A stretch of DNA of 64,000 bases from Gammaproteobacteria bacterium (GCA_027077805.1 JALWTS010000041.1:73234-137233); one strand, 5' to 3'; shown: positions 50,213 through 60,032, numbered from the stretch's first letter. Numbers and translations: made by a program. The notes: generated by a model from the letters alone, not told the origin.

Positions 50213-51085
50213 ATGCTTAAAATCTTAAAACAATGCTTACGTCTGTTAATAACGTCATGCCTATTGGCTGTTTTGTGCATTTTTTTTATTGCTTATTGGC
50301 TTACCTTACCGAAACAAACCACAATTCGCATTGAACAAGCCTCAGGTTTACCCGTTGAAAACGTAACATTTCCCAGCTCATCAGGTTCATTAATTCATGG
50401 TTGGTATATTAATGGAAAAACACATTATCCTCATATTATTTTATTACATCCACGTCATGGTAATCGTTTAACCATGTTGCCAAGAGCAAAATTTTTATAT
50501 CAAGCAGGTTATTCCGTATTACTATTTGACTTTCAAGCGAATGGTGAAAGCATTGCTAGTCAACAAACCTTAGGATATTTAGAAGCATATGATGTTGCCG
50601 CTGCTATTAATTTTATTAAACAACGTGTACCAAACACTAAAATTGGCGTGATTGCTACGTCATTGGGGGCAGCGGCATTACTTTCGATTAAACCATCACC
50701 TGCGAAAGTAGATGCAATGGTTTTAGAGGCAGTTTATCCTAGTATTGAACAAGCTATCAGTAATCGCTTAGCCTTACATTTAGGAGAACCGGCAAAAATT
50801 TTAACCCCATTATTTAGTTATCAAATCCCTTTGTGGCTAGGATTTTCAACGGATAAACTCCAACCCATTAAACAAATTACTGCCTATCAAATCCCTATAT
50901 TTATCCTCGCAGGTATTTATGATCAACATACCACTATTCAAGAATCCCGACAATTATTTCATCAAATCAAATCCAAACACAAATATTTTTTGGCCTTGCC
51001 AGCAACTCACCAAGATTTCTACCAATACAACCCTAAAACATACGAATTACGAATTCTACAATTTTTTAGGAAACATTTAGATTAA
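50213..51085 (+). CDS. Alpha/beta hydrolase (membrane-anchored)
   Basis: N-terminal TM, then …HIILLHPRHGN…IGVIATSLGAAALL (nucleophile elbow). The start is at the internal Met just after the integrase stop. Confidence 0.55.
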   Translation: MLKILKQCLRLLITSCLLAVLCIFFIAYWLTLPKQTTIRIEQASGLPVENVTFPSSSGSLIHGWYINGKTHYPHIILLHPRHGNRLTMLPRAKFLYQAGYSVLLFDFQANGESIASQQTLGYLEAYDVAAAINFIKQRVPNTKIGVIATSLGAAALLSIKPSPAKVDAMVLEAVYPSIEQAISNRLALHLGEPAKILTPLFSYQIPLWLGFSTDKLQPIKQITAYQIPIFILAGIYDQHTTIQESRQLFHQIKSKHKYFLALPATHQDFYQYNPKTYELRILQFFRKHLD

Positions 51086-51099
51086 ATTCAGACAGGAAG

Positions 51100-51145
51100 A
51101 AATAAAGGACAAATTTGTCAACTCATTTGTCCTTTATTTTTTATT
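51100..51145. terminator. Bidirectional terminator (14-bp stem)
   Basis: AAATAAAGGACAAA-…-TTTGTCCTTTATTT followed by a T-run. It lies between convergent genes. Confidence 0.6.
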
Positions 51146-51162
51146 TTTGAAAATTTTGGCGA

Positions 51163-51552
51163 TTAATACCCACAAGTTCTAGGTGTTAAAACCACTTTAG
51201 AAATAAATCTATCATCATTGCCATTATAATAAAAACCTAAAGCAACCCCTTTTTTAAAAAATATAGCCACATCAGGACTAGAACAAACTTTATTAGTCAA
51301 AATACGATCCATGTTATCACCAAAATCAGAATTAATCGTTTGTGAAGAATAATTAACTAAGGTGTAATAATAGGTCAAAGTATTCTCGAATCCCATCACA
51401 TTATCTAAACGAGTTTCTTTATCCACCATCATGGGTGTTGATTTATTTAATTCATTCGCAATAGAAGTTAATTCTTCATTTGACATACCCGCAAATAACT
51501 GACTAGAAAATAAAACCAGCAATAAAATCATTAGTTTTTTCATATAAACCAC
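51163..51552 (-). CDS. Hypothetical exported protein (about 125 aa)
   Basis: Sec signal MKKLMILLLVLFSSQLFA, and Tyr/Asn-rich. Confidence 0.35.
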   Translation of the reverse strand: MVYMKKLMILLLVLFSSQLFAGMSNEELTSIANELNKSTPMMVDKETRLDNVMGFENTLTYYYTLVNYSSQTINSDFGDNMDRILTNKVCSSPDVAIFFKKGVALGFYYNGNDDRFISKVVLTPRTCGY

Positions 51553-51659
51553 CCTTTATTAAAAAATTAAAAACATTGCTTTCATTATAGTGATGATTTC
51601 AGTCATGCACATTAAAATCTTGCAAAATTTCCATAATTTAGCGAAAATGTCTTTTAGTG

Positions 51660-51733
51660 GCACCCGTAGCTCAGTTGGATAGAGTGTCGGTCTCCGAAGC
51701 CGAAGGTCACAGGTTCGACTCCTGTCGGGTGCG
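51660..51733 (+). tRNA. tRNA-Arg (anticodon CCG)
   Basis: GCACCCGTAGCTCAGTTGGATAGAGTGTCGGTCTCCGAAGCCGAAGGTCACAGGTTCGACTCCTGTCGGGTGCG shows full cloverleaf pairing. It is near-identical in architecture to E. coli argX. CCA is not encoded. Confidence 0.85.
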
Positions 51734-51816
51734 TATCAGTTTTGATAATCTTCTTGCATATGCTTTCGTTTCAACTATAATTCTTACACCTTAACATTGG
51801 ATAGAGTATATTTGAT

Positions 51817-52230
51817 ATGTTAACAGAAGAACAATTACTTGCTTCTTCAGAAGATGAGTATATGAATAAAGAACAGTTAGCCTTCTTTCGCCATCGACTG
51901 GAAACCATGCGAGATGAAATATTAGAAAATCTTGCGAAAACCAATCAACATCTGAAAGAAGCAACGGTAGAAATTGATGAAAATGATAGAGCATCGTTGG
52001 AAGAAGAACACTGGTTAGAACTCAGAATTCGTGAACGTGAAACTAAATTGCTTAAAAAAATTAATGAAGCGTTACAACGCATTGACTCTGAAGATTATGG
52101 TTACTGTGAAGATACAGGTGATGCAATTGGTATCCCTAGATTATTAGCTCGACCAACGGCAACCTTAAGCACTGACGCTCAAGAACAAAGAGAACAGCGT
52201 CAGCGTGTCAGTGATACGGATAAATTTTAA
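51817..52230 (+). CDS. DksA-family RNA polymerase-binding transcription factor with a degenerate (1 of 4 Cys) zinc finger (DksA2-like)
   Basis: Aligns with E. coli DksA, including the coiled-coil tip DxxDxA (DENDRA). The C4 finger GYCESCG…LCIDCK is replaced by GYCEDTG…LSTDAQ. Confidence 0.7.
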   Translation: MLTEEQLLASSEDEYMNKEQLAFFRHRLETMRDEILENLAKTNQHLKEATVEIDENDRASLEEEHWLELRIRERETKLLKKINEALQRIDSEDYGYCEDTGDAIGIPRLLARPTATLSTDAQEQREQRQRVSDTDKF

Positions 52231-52393
52231 GCCAAAATTTTAGCTGACCAAAGTTGCAATTAAAAAATTGATGTTGTATCATCAGTGGTGGTTTTGAACT
52301 GGCAAAAAAAAAGCGGGACCAGAGGAGCCCCGCAAAGTCAAGTTTATTATTATTATTATTATCAGCACATTTTTTTATTATTATCTTTTCAAT

Positions 52394-53530
52394 TCAAAAG
52401 TCTTTACGCAGTCCGATGGCAAATACTTGTCTATCAGGACTGTGTACTCCCCCATTAAGCTTCGATGAAGCCATGGTTGAGGTATTGGTGTTAGTAGCCG
52501 AATAGCCTGCAAACAAACGAGTTCGACGACTAAAGCGATGAATCACACCAACAGCCCAATAATCGGCTTCTTGTCCTCTTTTATCGTCAGCTTCCATGCC
52601 TCCGATTTGGGCAACAAAAATGTTATTACCCTGTTCCAACTGATAAGCAATAAACCAAAGCTGTGCATCGGTTCCATCGGTTACATTATTAGGATCAGGT
52701 GCTGAATAATTTTGGATACCATTCGCACCAGTGTCCTTATTTAAGGTCATTGCATTTTCTATCCATTCGTATTGGGTAGAAAATACATGCCCTCCCCAAT
52801 TAATTTGCAGACCTAATTTTGTTGCTTGCTCATCCGCATGATTGTTTACAGCATTCTGTGCATGTGCAACAAATCCCCATAAAAACCCTATCCTGAAATT
52901 AATGGCAATACTATAATCATTGACATCATCATCATCAACACAGGCGCCCACATTATCACACTCACCATCTAAAGCATTCTCAATATCACTACGTTCATCT
53001 ACCACGGCAGCAAAGTCTAATCGAAACCCCATCCACACAGGAGAACGGTAATAGATTGAATCAGTAATATGGTTAGCATGCCCCAGTAACCCATTACTCC
53101 CCCAAGACATGCCACCATTTCCCCGAGCCTCAAGACTCGTCCAAGCAAAAGGATCGAGATTTACACCGCCTGCCATTTTATAAGGCGAATTAAATGTCCC
53201 TAAACCTAAAAATCCCCATTTTTTGTGTTTTAATCCAACAAACTTTTGACGCCGTGTGCCATCAAAAGAATCGTCCCCACGAATATCTGTTGGATCGACA
53301 TAAAACTCCAAAACAGCAATTGCTTGTAAATCTCTCCCCAAACTTTCTGTTGCTTTTATGCCAATATGGGTCTGGCGTCCAGAATCCCCAATCCCTTGTT
53401 CTGAAGTTCCATTATCTAATGATTCCACTGTATATTCCGCTTGTACACTACCATAAAGTTTTACTTCCCCATAACTTGTACAGCTTATTATTATTAGTAC
53501 AATCGTCATCATTAAACAACGAAACTTCAT
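52394..53530 (-). CDS. Outer-membrane porin (beta-barrel, C-terminal Phe)
   Basis: Signal peptide, alternating amphipathic beta-strand pattern, and a terminal …GLRKDF. Confidence 0.55.
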   Translation of the reverse strand: MKFRCLMMTIVLIIISCTSYGEVKLYGSVQAEYTVESLDNGTSEQGIGDSGRQTHIGIKATESLGRDLQAIAVLEFYVDPTDIRGDDSFDGTRRQKFVGLKHKKWGFLGLGTFNSPYKMAGGVNLDPFAWTSLEARGNGGMSWGSNGLLGHANHITDSIYYRSPVWMGFRLDFAAVVDERSDIENALDGECDNVGACVDDDDVNDYSIAINFRIGFLWGFVAHAQNAVNNHADEQATKLGLQINWGGHVFSTQYEWIENAMTLNKDTGANGIQNYSAPDPNNVTDGTDAQLWFIAYQLEQGNNIFVAQIGGMEADDKRGQEADYWAVGVIHRFSRRTRLFAGYSATNTNTSTMASSKLNGGVHSPDRQVFAIGLRKDF

Positions 53531-53700
53531 TTAGCATCCTACAACTTTCTCACATTATTATTATTGTTGTTGTTGTTTTTTTTATTATTGTTGTTATTGT
53601 TTGTTGTTTTTTTACTATTATAGTGAAAATAAACAACAATGCAACATTTTTTTTAACTTTTTTTCAAAAAAAACAACAATGTTGCTTTTTTGTTACTTTT
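53531..53700. repeat. Simple-sequence, very AT-rich region upstream of the porin gene ((TTA)n, (TTG)n, T8-9 tracts, imperfect palindrome)
   Basis: ttattattattgttgttgttgtttttttt…ttgttgttattgtttgttgttttttt. It also contains an AACAACAATGCAACA / TGTTGC inverted repeat. Confidence 0.6.
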
Positions 53701-53704
53701 ACCC

Positions 53705-53747
53705 CCAAAAAAATACTGATTCGAACATAAACATCAGTATTTTTTTA
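53705..53747. terminator. Hairpin with flanking A/T runs downstream of pilU
   Basis: AAAAAAA-ATACTGAT-(12 nt)-ATCAGTAT-TTTTTTT. Confidence 0.5.
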
Positions 53748-53790
53748 AAATAGAACAAGAACAAAACAATGTCATTGGCTTAAAAATTCA

Positions 53791-54945
53791 CTATCCCCCA
53801 AATTGAATTTCATCGTCCTCATCTTCCTCACCCTCAAGCGATAGTTCCTGCATTCTTGAACCGCCCCGAGACTTCGCATCCCCTTTACTGCCTAATTTAA
53901 TCATCAAACGAACATTATTAGGTGAGTCAGCATGACGCAGTGCATCATCATAACTAATTTCACCTTGGGTATATAAATCATACAAGGCTTGGTCAAATGT
54001 CTGCATACCTTGCTCAGTAGAACGAGTCATTAATTCTTTAATTTTATGTACTTCCCCTTTGTGAATTAAATCACTCATTAATGGAGTATTAATTAAAATT
54101 TCAACGGCACAACGCCGACCTTCACCATCTTTAGTCGGAATTAACTGTTGGGCAATAATCGCTTTTAAATTTAATGATAAGTCTGTTAACAACTGGGCAC
54201 GACGCTCTTCAGGAAAGAAGTTGATAATTCTATCTAAGGCTTGGTTAGCATTATTAGCATGCAGTGTTGATAAACACAAATGCCCTGTTTCCGCAAAGGC
54301 AATGCCATAATCCATGGTTTCCCGAGTACGAATTTCCCCAATTAGAATCACATCAGGTGCTTGACGTAAGGTATTTTTTAAAGCAACATCATAAGACTCA
54401 GTATCTAAGCCAACCTCACGCTGAGTTACAATACAGCCATCATGGTTGTGAATAAATTCAACGGGATCTTCAATGGTAATAATATGACCACTACTATTAC
54501 GATTACGATAACCAATGACGGATGCTAAAGAAGTGGATTTACCTGTACCCGTTGCCCCCACAAAAATAACTAATCCCCGCTTACACATGGCAATACTTTT
54601 CATTACATCGGGTAAATGTAGGTCCTCAAACCTTGGAATATTCGTTTCAATTCGCCGCAATACCATACCAACCGCATCGCGTTGCACAAATGCACTGACC
54701 CGAAACCGTCCAACTTTACTAGCACTAATGGCAAAGTTACACTCTTTAGTGCGTTCAAACTCTTCCCGTTGTTGGCTGGTCATAATGTTTAATACCAATT
54801 CTCTGGATTGCGCAATTGATAAGGGATTTTTAGACACAGGTGTCATACGACCACTTACTTTAATAGTGGGTGCGGCACCTGCGGTAATAAATAAATCAGA
54901 ACCACCTTTGGCCTTCATTAATTTTAATAAGGCATTAAAATCCAT
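53791..54945 (-). CDS. pilU: Type IV pilus ATPase PilU
   Basis: MDFNALLKLMKAKGGSDLFITAGAAPTIKVSGR… with Walker A GATGTGKST. It is downstream of pilT as in Pseudomonas. Confidence 0.85.
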   Translation of the reverse strand: MDFNALLKLMKAKGGSDLFITAGAAPTIKVSGRMTPVSKNPLSIAQSRELVLNIMTSQQREEFERTKECNFAISASKVGRFRVSAFVQRDAVGMVLRRIETNIPRFEDLHLPDVMKSIAMCKRGLVIFVGATGTGKSTSLASVIGYRNRNSSGHIITIEDPVEFIHNHDGCIVTQREVGLDTESYDVALKNTLRQAPDVILIGEIRTRETMDYGIAFAETGHLCLSTLHANNANQALDRIINFFPEERRAQLLTDLSLNLKAIIAQQLIPTKDGEGRRCAVEILINTPLMSDLIHKGEVHKIKELMTRSTEQGMQTFDQALYDLYTQGEISYDDALRHADSPNNVRLMIKLGSKGDAKSRGGSRMQELSLEGEEDEDDEIQFGG

Positions 54946-54956
54946 GAATTCCTCCT

Positions 54957-55994
54957 TTATTTAAAGTTATCTTTATTCGCCGCCTTCATTTGTGCATCTT
55001 GTTTGGTGATTAAACCACGACGTAGCAGTTCTGCCAAATGTTGATCTAAGGTCTGCATACCAACACCCTGTCCCGTTTGAATGGCTGAAAACATTTGGGC
55101 AATTTTATCTTCACGAATCAAATTACGAATGGCAGGTGTGCCAATCATAATTTCCCAAGCGGCAGTTCGCCCCCCCCCCACTTTCTTTAATAAGGACTGA
55201 GCAATCACGGCCCGCAATGATTCGGATAACATTGAACGTACCATACCTTTTTCCGCTGCAGGAAATACATCCACAATCCTATCAATGGTTTTCGCGGCAG
55301 AACTAGTATGCAAGGTGCCAAACACTAAGTGTCCTGTTTCAGCAGCAGTCAATGCTAAGCGAATCGTTTCCAAGTCCCGCAACTCACCCACTAGAATAAT
55401 ATCGGGATCTTGACGTAATGCGGAACGTAATGCTTCATTAAATCCTAAAGTATCACGTTTGATTTCCCGTTGGTTAATCAAACATTTTTTACTTTTGTGT
55501 ACAAATTCAATCGGGTCTTCAATGGTTAAAATATGACCGTACTCGGTATCATTTTTATAATCAATCATTGCCGCTAAAGTCGTTGACTTACCAGAACCTG
55601 TTGGCCCTGTTACTAAGATAATTCCTCTAGGATTATCGGCAATCGTTTTGAATACATCAGGACAACCTAAATCTTCCAAACTCAAAATTTTAGATGGAAT
55701 GGTACGAAACACGGCACCTGCACCACGATCTTGGTTAAAAGCATTCACCCGAAAACGAGCAAGCCCCGGAATTTCAAATGAAAAGTCACATTCTAAATAC
55801 TCCTCATAATCCCGCCGTTGTTTATCATTCATAATATCATACACCAAACTATGTACAGCTTTATGATCTAATGGTGGCATGTTAATACGACGCACATCAC
55901 CATCTACCCGAATCATAGGTGGTAAACCCGCTGATAAATGTAAATCTGAGGAATTATTTTTCACCCCAAATGCTAGCAATTCTGAAATATCCAT
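54957..55994 (-). CDS. pilT: Type IV pilus retraction ATPase PilT
   Basis: MDISELLAFGVKNNSSDLHLSAGLPPMIRVDGDVRRI… is near-identical in pattern to P. aeruginosa PilT. The AIRNLIRE motif is present. It contains a G10 tract (plus-strand C10 at 55170-55179) encoding VGGGR. Confidence 0.9.
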   Translation of the reverse strand: MDISELLAFGVKNNSSDLHLSAGLPPMIRVDGDVRRINMPPLDHKAVHSLVYDIMNDKQRRDYEEYLECDFSFEIPGLARFRVNAFNQDRGAGAVFRTIPSKILSLEDLGCPDVFKTIADNPRGIILVTGPTGSGKSTTLAAMIDYKNDTEYGHILTIEDPIEFVHKSKKCLINQREIKRDTLGFNEALRSALRQDPDIILVGELRDLETIRLALTAAETGHLVFGTLHTSSAAKTIDRIVDVFPAAEKGMVRSMLSESLRAVIAQSLLKKVGGGRTAAWEIMIGTPAIRNLIREDKIAQMFSAIQTGQGVGMQTLDQHLAELLRRGLITKQDAQMKAANKDNFK

Positions 55995-56088
55995 CAATCT
56001 AACCTTATAAAATAAAAAAGCCTTTGTTTAATTATAGACAAACCCCATTATATTTAAATCGTAACTTAGGTTTAAATCACTAAAAATC

Positions 56089-56757
56089 ATGACCATTGCT
56101 GAAAATTTAGCCATTATTCAACAAAGAATCAAACAAGCACAACAACAATACCCAAATACCGCCACAAAAATCCAACTCATTGCGGTCAGTAAAACTCGTA
56201 GTGCGAATGACATTGAAACGGCCTACCAAGCAGGACAAACGCATTTTGCAGAAAGTTATGTTCAAGAAGCCATTCCTAAAATTCAAACTTTAGCCCATTT
56301 GCCCCTAACTTGGCATTTTATTGGTCCAATCCAGTCAAACAAAACCCAAGCCATTGCCCAATATTTTAATTGGGTGCATAGTGTTGCTAGACTAAAAATT
56401 GCCCGACGTTTAAGTCAACAACGCCTAGCAAAGCAAACACCATTAAATATTTGTATTCAAGTTAATATTAGCCAAGAAGCACAAAAATCGGGTATTTTCC
56501 CTCAAGATTTACCCCAGCTTGTCAAGCGCATTCAAACATTACCCCAATTAAAATTACAAGGACTAATGGGTATTGCCAGTCCTTGTAATGAGTTTAGTCA
56601 ACAACAACAACAATTTCATCAACTCAATCAATTACAGCAACAATATGATTTTATGAATGAATTATCAATGGGGATGTCGAATGACTTAGAAGCAGCGATT
56701 TCTAAAGGTGCAACACTATTACGAATTGGCAGTGCAATCTTTGGTAAAAGACAGTAG
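56089..56757 (+). CDS. yggS: YggS-family pyridoxal phosphate homeostasis protein
   Basis: …LIAVSKTRS…HFIGPIQSNKT…. It is divergent from pilT, a conserved arrangement. Confidence 0.85.
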   Translation: MTIAENLAIIQQRIKQAQQQYPNTATKIQLIAVSKTRSANDIETAYQAGQTHFAESYVQEAIPKIQTLAHLPLTWHFIGPIQSNKTQAIAQYFNWVHSVARLKIARRLSQQRLAKQTPLNICIQVNISQEAQKSGIFPQDLPQLVKRIQTLPQLKLQGLMGIASPCNEFSQQQQQFHQLNQLQQQYDFMNELSMGMSNDLEAAISKGATLLRIGSAIFGKRQ

Positions 56758-56807
56758 AATATTGCTAATTTTTCATTCAAACTAACAAAATAACGGTAAC
56801 AGTAACC

Positions 56808-57650
56808 ATGACAATCAAACATTTAGAACAAGCTAAAAATTGCATTGCCTTTATTGGCGGTGGTAATATGGCAAGCAGTTTAATTGGCGGTTTATTAGCG
56901 AATCAATACCAAGCCAAGCAACTGCTAATCGCAGAACCTGACCCACAACAACAAGATTATTTGCATCAAAAATTCGGGGTACAAACTTATGCGGATTGTC
57001 GTGAAATTATTACCGAAGCCAATGTACTTATCTTTGCGGTAAAACCCCAAATTCTGCCTGAAGTTGCTAAACAAAGCAGTGTTTTAATTCAAAAATACCA
57101 ACCTTTAGTCTTATCCGTTGTGGCAGGTATTTTAACCGAACAAATGGAAGAATGGCTAGGTGAAAATATTGCCATTGTACGCACTATGCCAAATACACCT
57201 GCCCTAGTGCAAACAGGTGCAACAGGCTTATTTGCTAATGCTCAAGTCAATGCAGAGCAAAAACAATTAGCGGAATCGATTATGCGTGCTGTCGGTTTAA
57301 CCTTATGGTTTGAACAAGAACAGCAACTCAATGCCGTTACGGCATTATCTGGCAGCGGCCCTGCTTACTTTTTTTATATTATGGAAATTTTGGAAAATAT
57401 TGGAATTAAACTAGGCTTAGACCCAAATTCTGCTCGCTTGCTTACCCTAGAAACCGCTTTAGGTGCCGCAAAACTTGCATTAGAAAGCAATGATCCGCCC
57501 GCAATATTACGCCAACAAGTGACATCACCGCAAGGCACCACGGCAAAAGCTATAGAAGTGATGCAACAGCAGCAATTAGACACAATACTAGAGTCCGCAC
57601 TGACGGCAGCTTATCAACGAGCAGAAGAATTATCCAAACAACATTCTTAA
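56808..57650 (+). CDS. proC: Pyrroline-5-carboxylate reductase
   Basis: IAFIGGGNMASSLIGGL…; 280 aa. Confidence 0.9.
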   Translation: MTIKHLEQAKNCIAFIGGGNMASSLIGGLLANQYQAKQLLIAEPDPQQQDYLHQKFGVQTYADCREIITEANVLIFAVKPQILPEVAKQSSVLIQKYQPLVLSVVAGILTEQMEEWLGENIAIVRTMPNTPALVQTGATGLFANAQVNAEQKQLAESIMRAVGLTLWFEQEQQLNAVTALSGSGPAYFFYIMEILENIGIKLGLDPNSARLLTLETALGAAKLALESNDPPAILRQQVTSPQGTTAKAIEVMQQQQLDTILESALTAAYQRAEELSKQHS

Positions 57651-57682
57651 ACCCTTATTTTAAAAAGTCATAGGCAATCACA

Positions 57683-58264
57683 ATGGGAAGCACTTATTTT
57701 ACGAATCCAATCGTTTTCCTAATCCAAGTACTGTTTGGCACTTATATTTTATTTGTTATGTTAAGATTTTTACTGCAATGGCTTAGAGCGGATTTTTACC
57801 ATCCAATTTCCCAATTTATTCTTAAAGTGACTTCACCTGTTTTAAATCCTTTACGCAAACTTATTCCAGGTTGGGGAGGCTTAGATATTGCCTCAATTGT
57901 ATTAATTTTTATGTTACAACTTATTGAACTGACGCTTGTGGTTGCAGTATTAGATGTACGCATAGGATTATTAGATTTAATTATGGGAGCAATGGCAGCA
58001 TTAATTCAATTGACGATTAATGTCTTTTTATTTGCAATTGTGATACAAGCAGTCATTAGTTGGGTTAATCCACATAGTTATAATCCTGTCACTGACATTT
58101 TATATAGTTTAACCAATCCAATCTTAAAACCGATTCGAGAACGATTACCTCCTGTCTCTGGGCTGGATTTTAGTCCATTTGTTGCTATTATTGGGCTACA
58201 ATTACTCAAAATGTTGATTATTCCCTTATTTTTAACATCTGAAGTAACGAGACATCTTATCTAA
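57683..58264 (+). CDS. yggT: YggT-family membrane protein
   Basis: 193 aa with 4-5 TM and the conserved proC-yggT linkage. Confidence 0.7.
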   Translation: MGSTYFTNPIVFLIQVLFGTYILFVMLRFLLQWLRADFYHPISQFILKVTSPVLNPLRKLIPGWGGLDIASIVLIFMLQLIELTLVVAVLDVRIGLLDLIMGAMAALIQLTINVFLFAIVIQAVISWVNPHSYNPVTDILYSLTNPILKPIRERLPPVSGLDFSPFVAIIGLQLLKMLIIPLFLTSEVTRHLI

Positions 58265-58266
58265 CT

Positions 58267-59415
58267 ATGCCTAAAGAAATACCTAAAAATTCCGTGGGTA
58301 TTGTTGAAGATAAAATTCAACATTTTAGCCAAGCACTCACCCTAGTATGCGGTCGAGAACTGCCTGAATATGATATTGCCTATGAAACCTATGGGACTTT
58401 AAATGCGACTGCAACGAATGCCGTATTAATTTGCCATGCCTTGTCAGGTGATCATCATGCGGCGGGTTATCATAGTATGAAAGATAAAAAACCGGGTTGG
58501 TGGGAAAATTGTATTGGACCAAATAAACCCATTGATACCAATAAATTTTTTGTGGTTTGTAGCAATACCTTAGGACACTGTAAAGGATCAACTGGCCCTG
58601 CTTCAATTAACCCTAGTACGGGTAAATTTTATGGCCCTGATTTTCCTATTGTTACCGTTAAAGACTGGGTGAATAGCCAGGTGCGACTGAGTCATGCCTT
58701 AGGTATTCAGCAATGGGCAGCGATTATTGGGGGGAGTTTAGGTGGCATGCAAGTATTGCAGTGGGCGATTGATTACCCTGATTACTTAAAACATGCGGTG
58801 ATTATTGCAGCAGCCCCTAAATTATCCGCACAAAATATTGCCTTTAATGAGGTGGCTAGACAAGCGATTTTATCCGATCCTGATTTTTACGAAGGCCATT
58901 ATTACCAACATGGTGTGGTACCCAAACGAGGCTTAATGCTAGCGAGAATGCTAGGTCATATTACCTATTTATCCGATGATAGTATGCGTTCTAAATTTGG
59001 TCGTGAGTTACGTCAAGGCAAAATCAATTATAGCTATGAAGTAGAATTTCAAGTAGAAAGTTATTTACGCTATCAAGGACAATCCTTTGTTGATAGATTT
59101 GATGCTAATAGTTATTTATTAATGACTAAAGCCTTAGATTATTTTGATCCTGCCAGTGATTATCAAGACAACTTAGCCACGGCCTTAGCTAAAGCGAGTG
59201 CGGATTTTTTATTAATCTCGTTTACTAGTGATTGGCGTTTTTCACCTGAGCGTTCCCAAGAAATTCTGCAAGCCCTAATTGCCAATAATCAAAATGTCAG
59301 TTATCTAGCAGTAGAAGCCACCCAAGGTCATGACGCTTTTTTAATGCCCCTGCCACAGTATATCAAGGCATTTACCCATTATATGCAACGCATTGCCCAA
59401 CAAATAGGTGACTAA
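58267..59415 (+). CDS. metX: Homoserine O-acyltransferase
   Basis: …[16 protein letters not shown]…[13 protein letters not shown]… alpha/beta hydrolase MetX. Confidence 0.9.
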   Translation: MPKEIPKNSVGIVEDKIQHFSQALTLVCGRELPEYDIAYETYGTLNATATNAVLICHALSGDHHAAGYHSMKDKKPGWWENCIGPNKPIDTNKFFVVCSNTLGHCKGSTGPASINPSTGKFYGPDFPIVTVKDWVNSQVRLSHALGIQQWAAIIGGSLGGMQVLQWAIDYPDYLKHAVIIAAAPKLSAQNIAFNEVARQAILSDPDFYEGHYYQHGVVPKRGLMLARMLGHITYLSDDSMRSKFGRELRQGKINYSYEVEFQVESYLRYQGQSFVDRFDANSYLLMTKALDYFDPASDYQDNLATALAKASADFLLISFTSDWRFSPERSQEILQALIANNQNVSYLAVEATQGHDAFLMPLPQYIKAFTHYMQRIAQQIGD

Positions 59416-60029
59416 TGGTTAACAACGGCTTACGCATTGATTTTGAGAAAATTATCCAATGGATACCACCACAATCACGAGTCTTGGATTTAGGCTGTGG
59501 TGATGGGCAATTGCTCGCAAAATTACAACAACAAAAACGGGTTACAGGCTATGGCTTAGAAATTAATCCAGATAAAGTTGTTGAATCTATTGACACTGGA
59601 ATCAATGTCATCCATATGGATTTAGATAATCTACAACTAAGTTTAGGGCAATTTCTGGATCAATCCTTTGATTATGTGATTATGTCGCAAACTTTACAAG
59701 CGACTTACCATCCTGCGGATTTATTGGAAGAAATCGTTAGAATTGGCAAAACGGGCATTGTTACCTTCCCTAATTTTGGTTATTGGCCTAATCGCTTTCA
59801 GTTATTTTTTCAAGGCAAAATGCCCATATCTAAAGCCTTACCTTATCAATGGTATAATACTCCCAATATTCATTTATGTACCTTCAAGGATTTTGAAATC
59901 TTATGCCAAAGTAAAAATATTCAAATTCTCGATCGTACCGTAGTGGATTTTGCGCATCGTAAAACCATTACATTTATGCCAAATTTATTTGGTGAAATTG
60001 TCTTGTATCAAATTAAATCGATCCAATAA
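59415..60029 (+). CDS. metW: Methionine biosynthesis protein MetW
   Basis: …RVLDLGCGDGQLL… methyltransferase-like domain immediately after metX. Confidence 0.85.
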   Translation: MVNNGLRIDFEKIIQWIPPQSRVLDLGCGDGQLLAKLQQQKRVTGYGLEINPDKVVESIDTGINVIHMDLDNLQLSLGQFLDQSFDYVIMSQTLQATYHPADLLEEIVRIGKTGIVTFPNFGYWPNRFQLFFQGKMPISKALPYQWYNTPNIHLCTFKDFEILCQSKNIQILDRTVVDFAHRKTITFMPNLFGEIVLYQIKSIQ

Positions 60030-60032
60030 TCA

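Larger units (their letters stand above)
48961..51659. mobile_element. Possible small integrase-associated islet or remnant (integrase, alpha/beta hydrolase, small exported protein) next to tRNA-Arg
   Basis: The integrase lies within 1.5 kb of a tRNA gene. No att direct repeats were found by eye, and the geometry is atypical because the integrase is on the 5' side of the tRNA. Confidence 0.25.
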
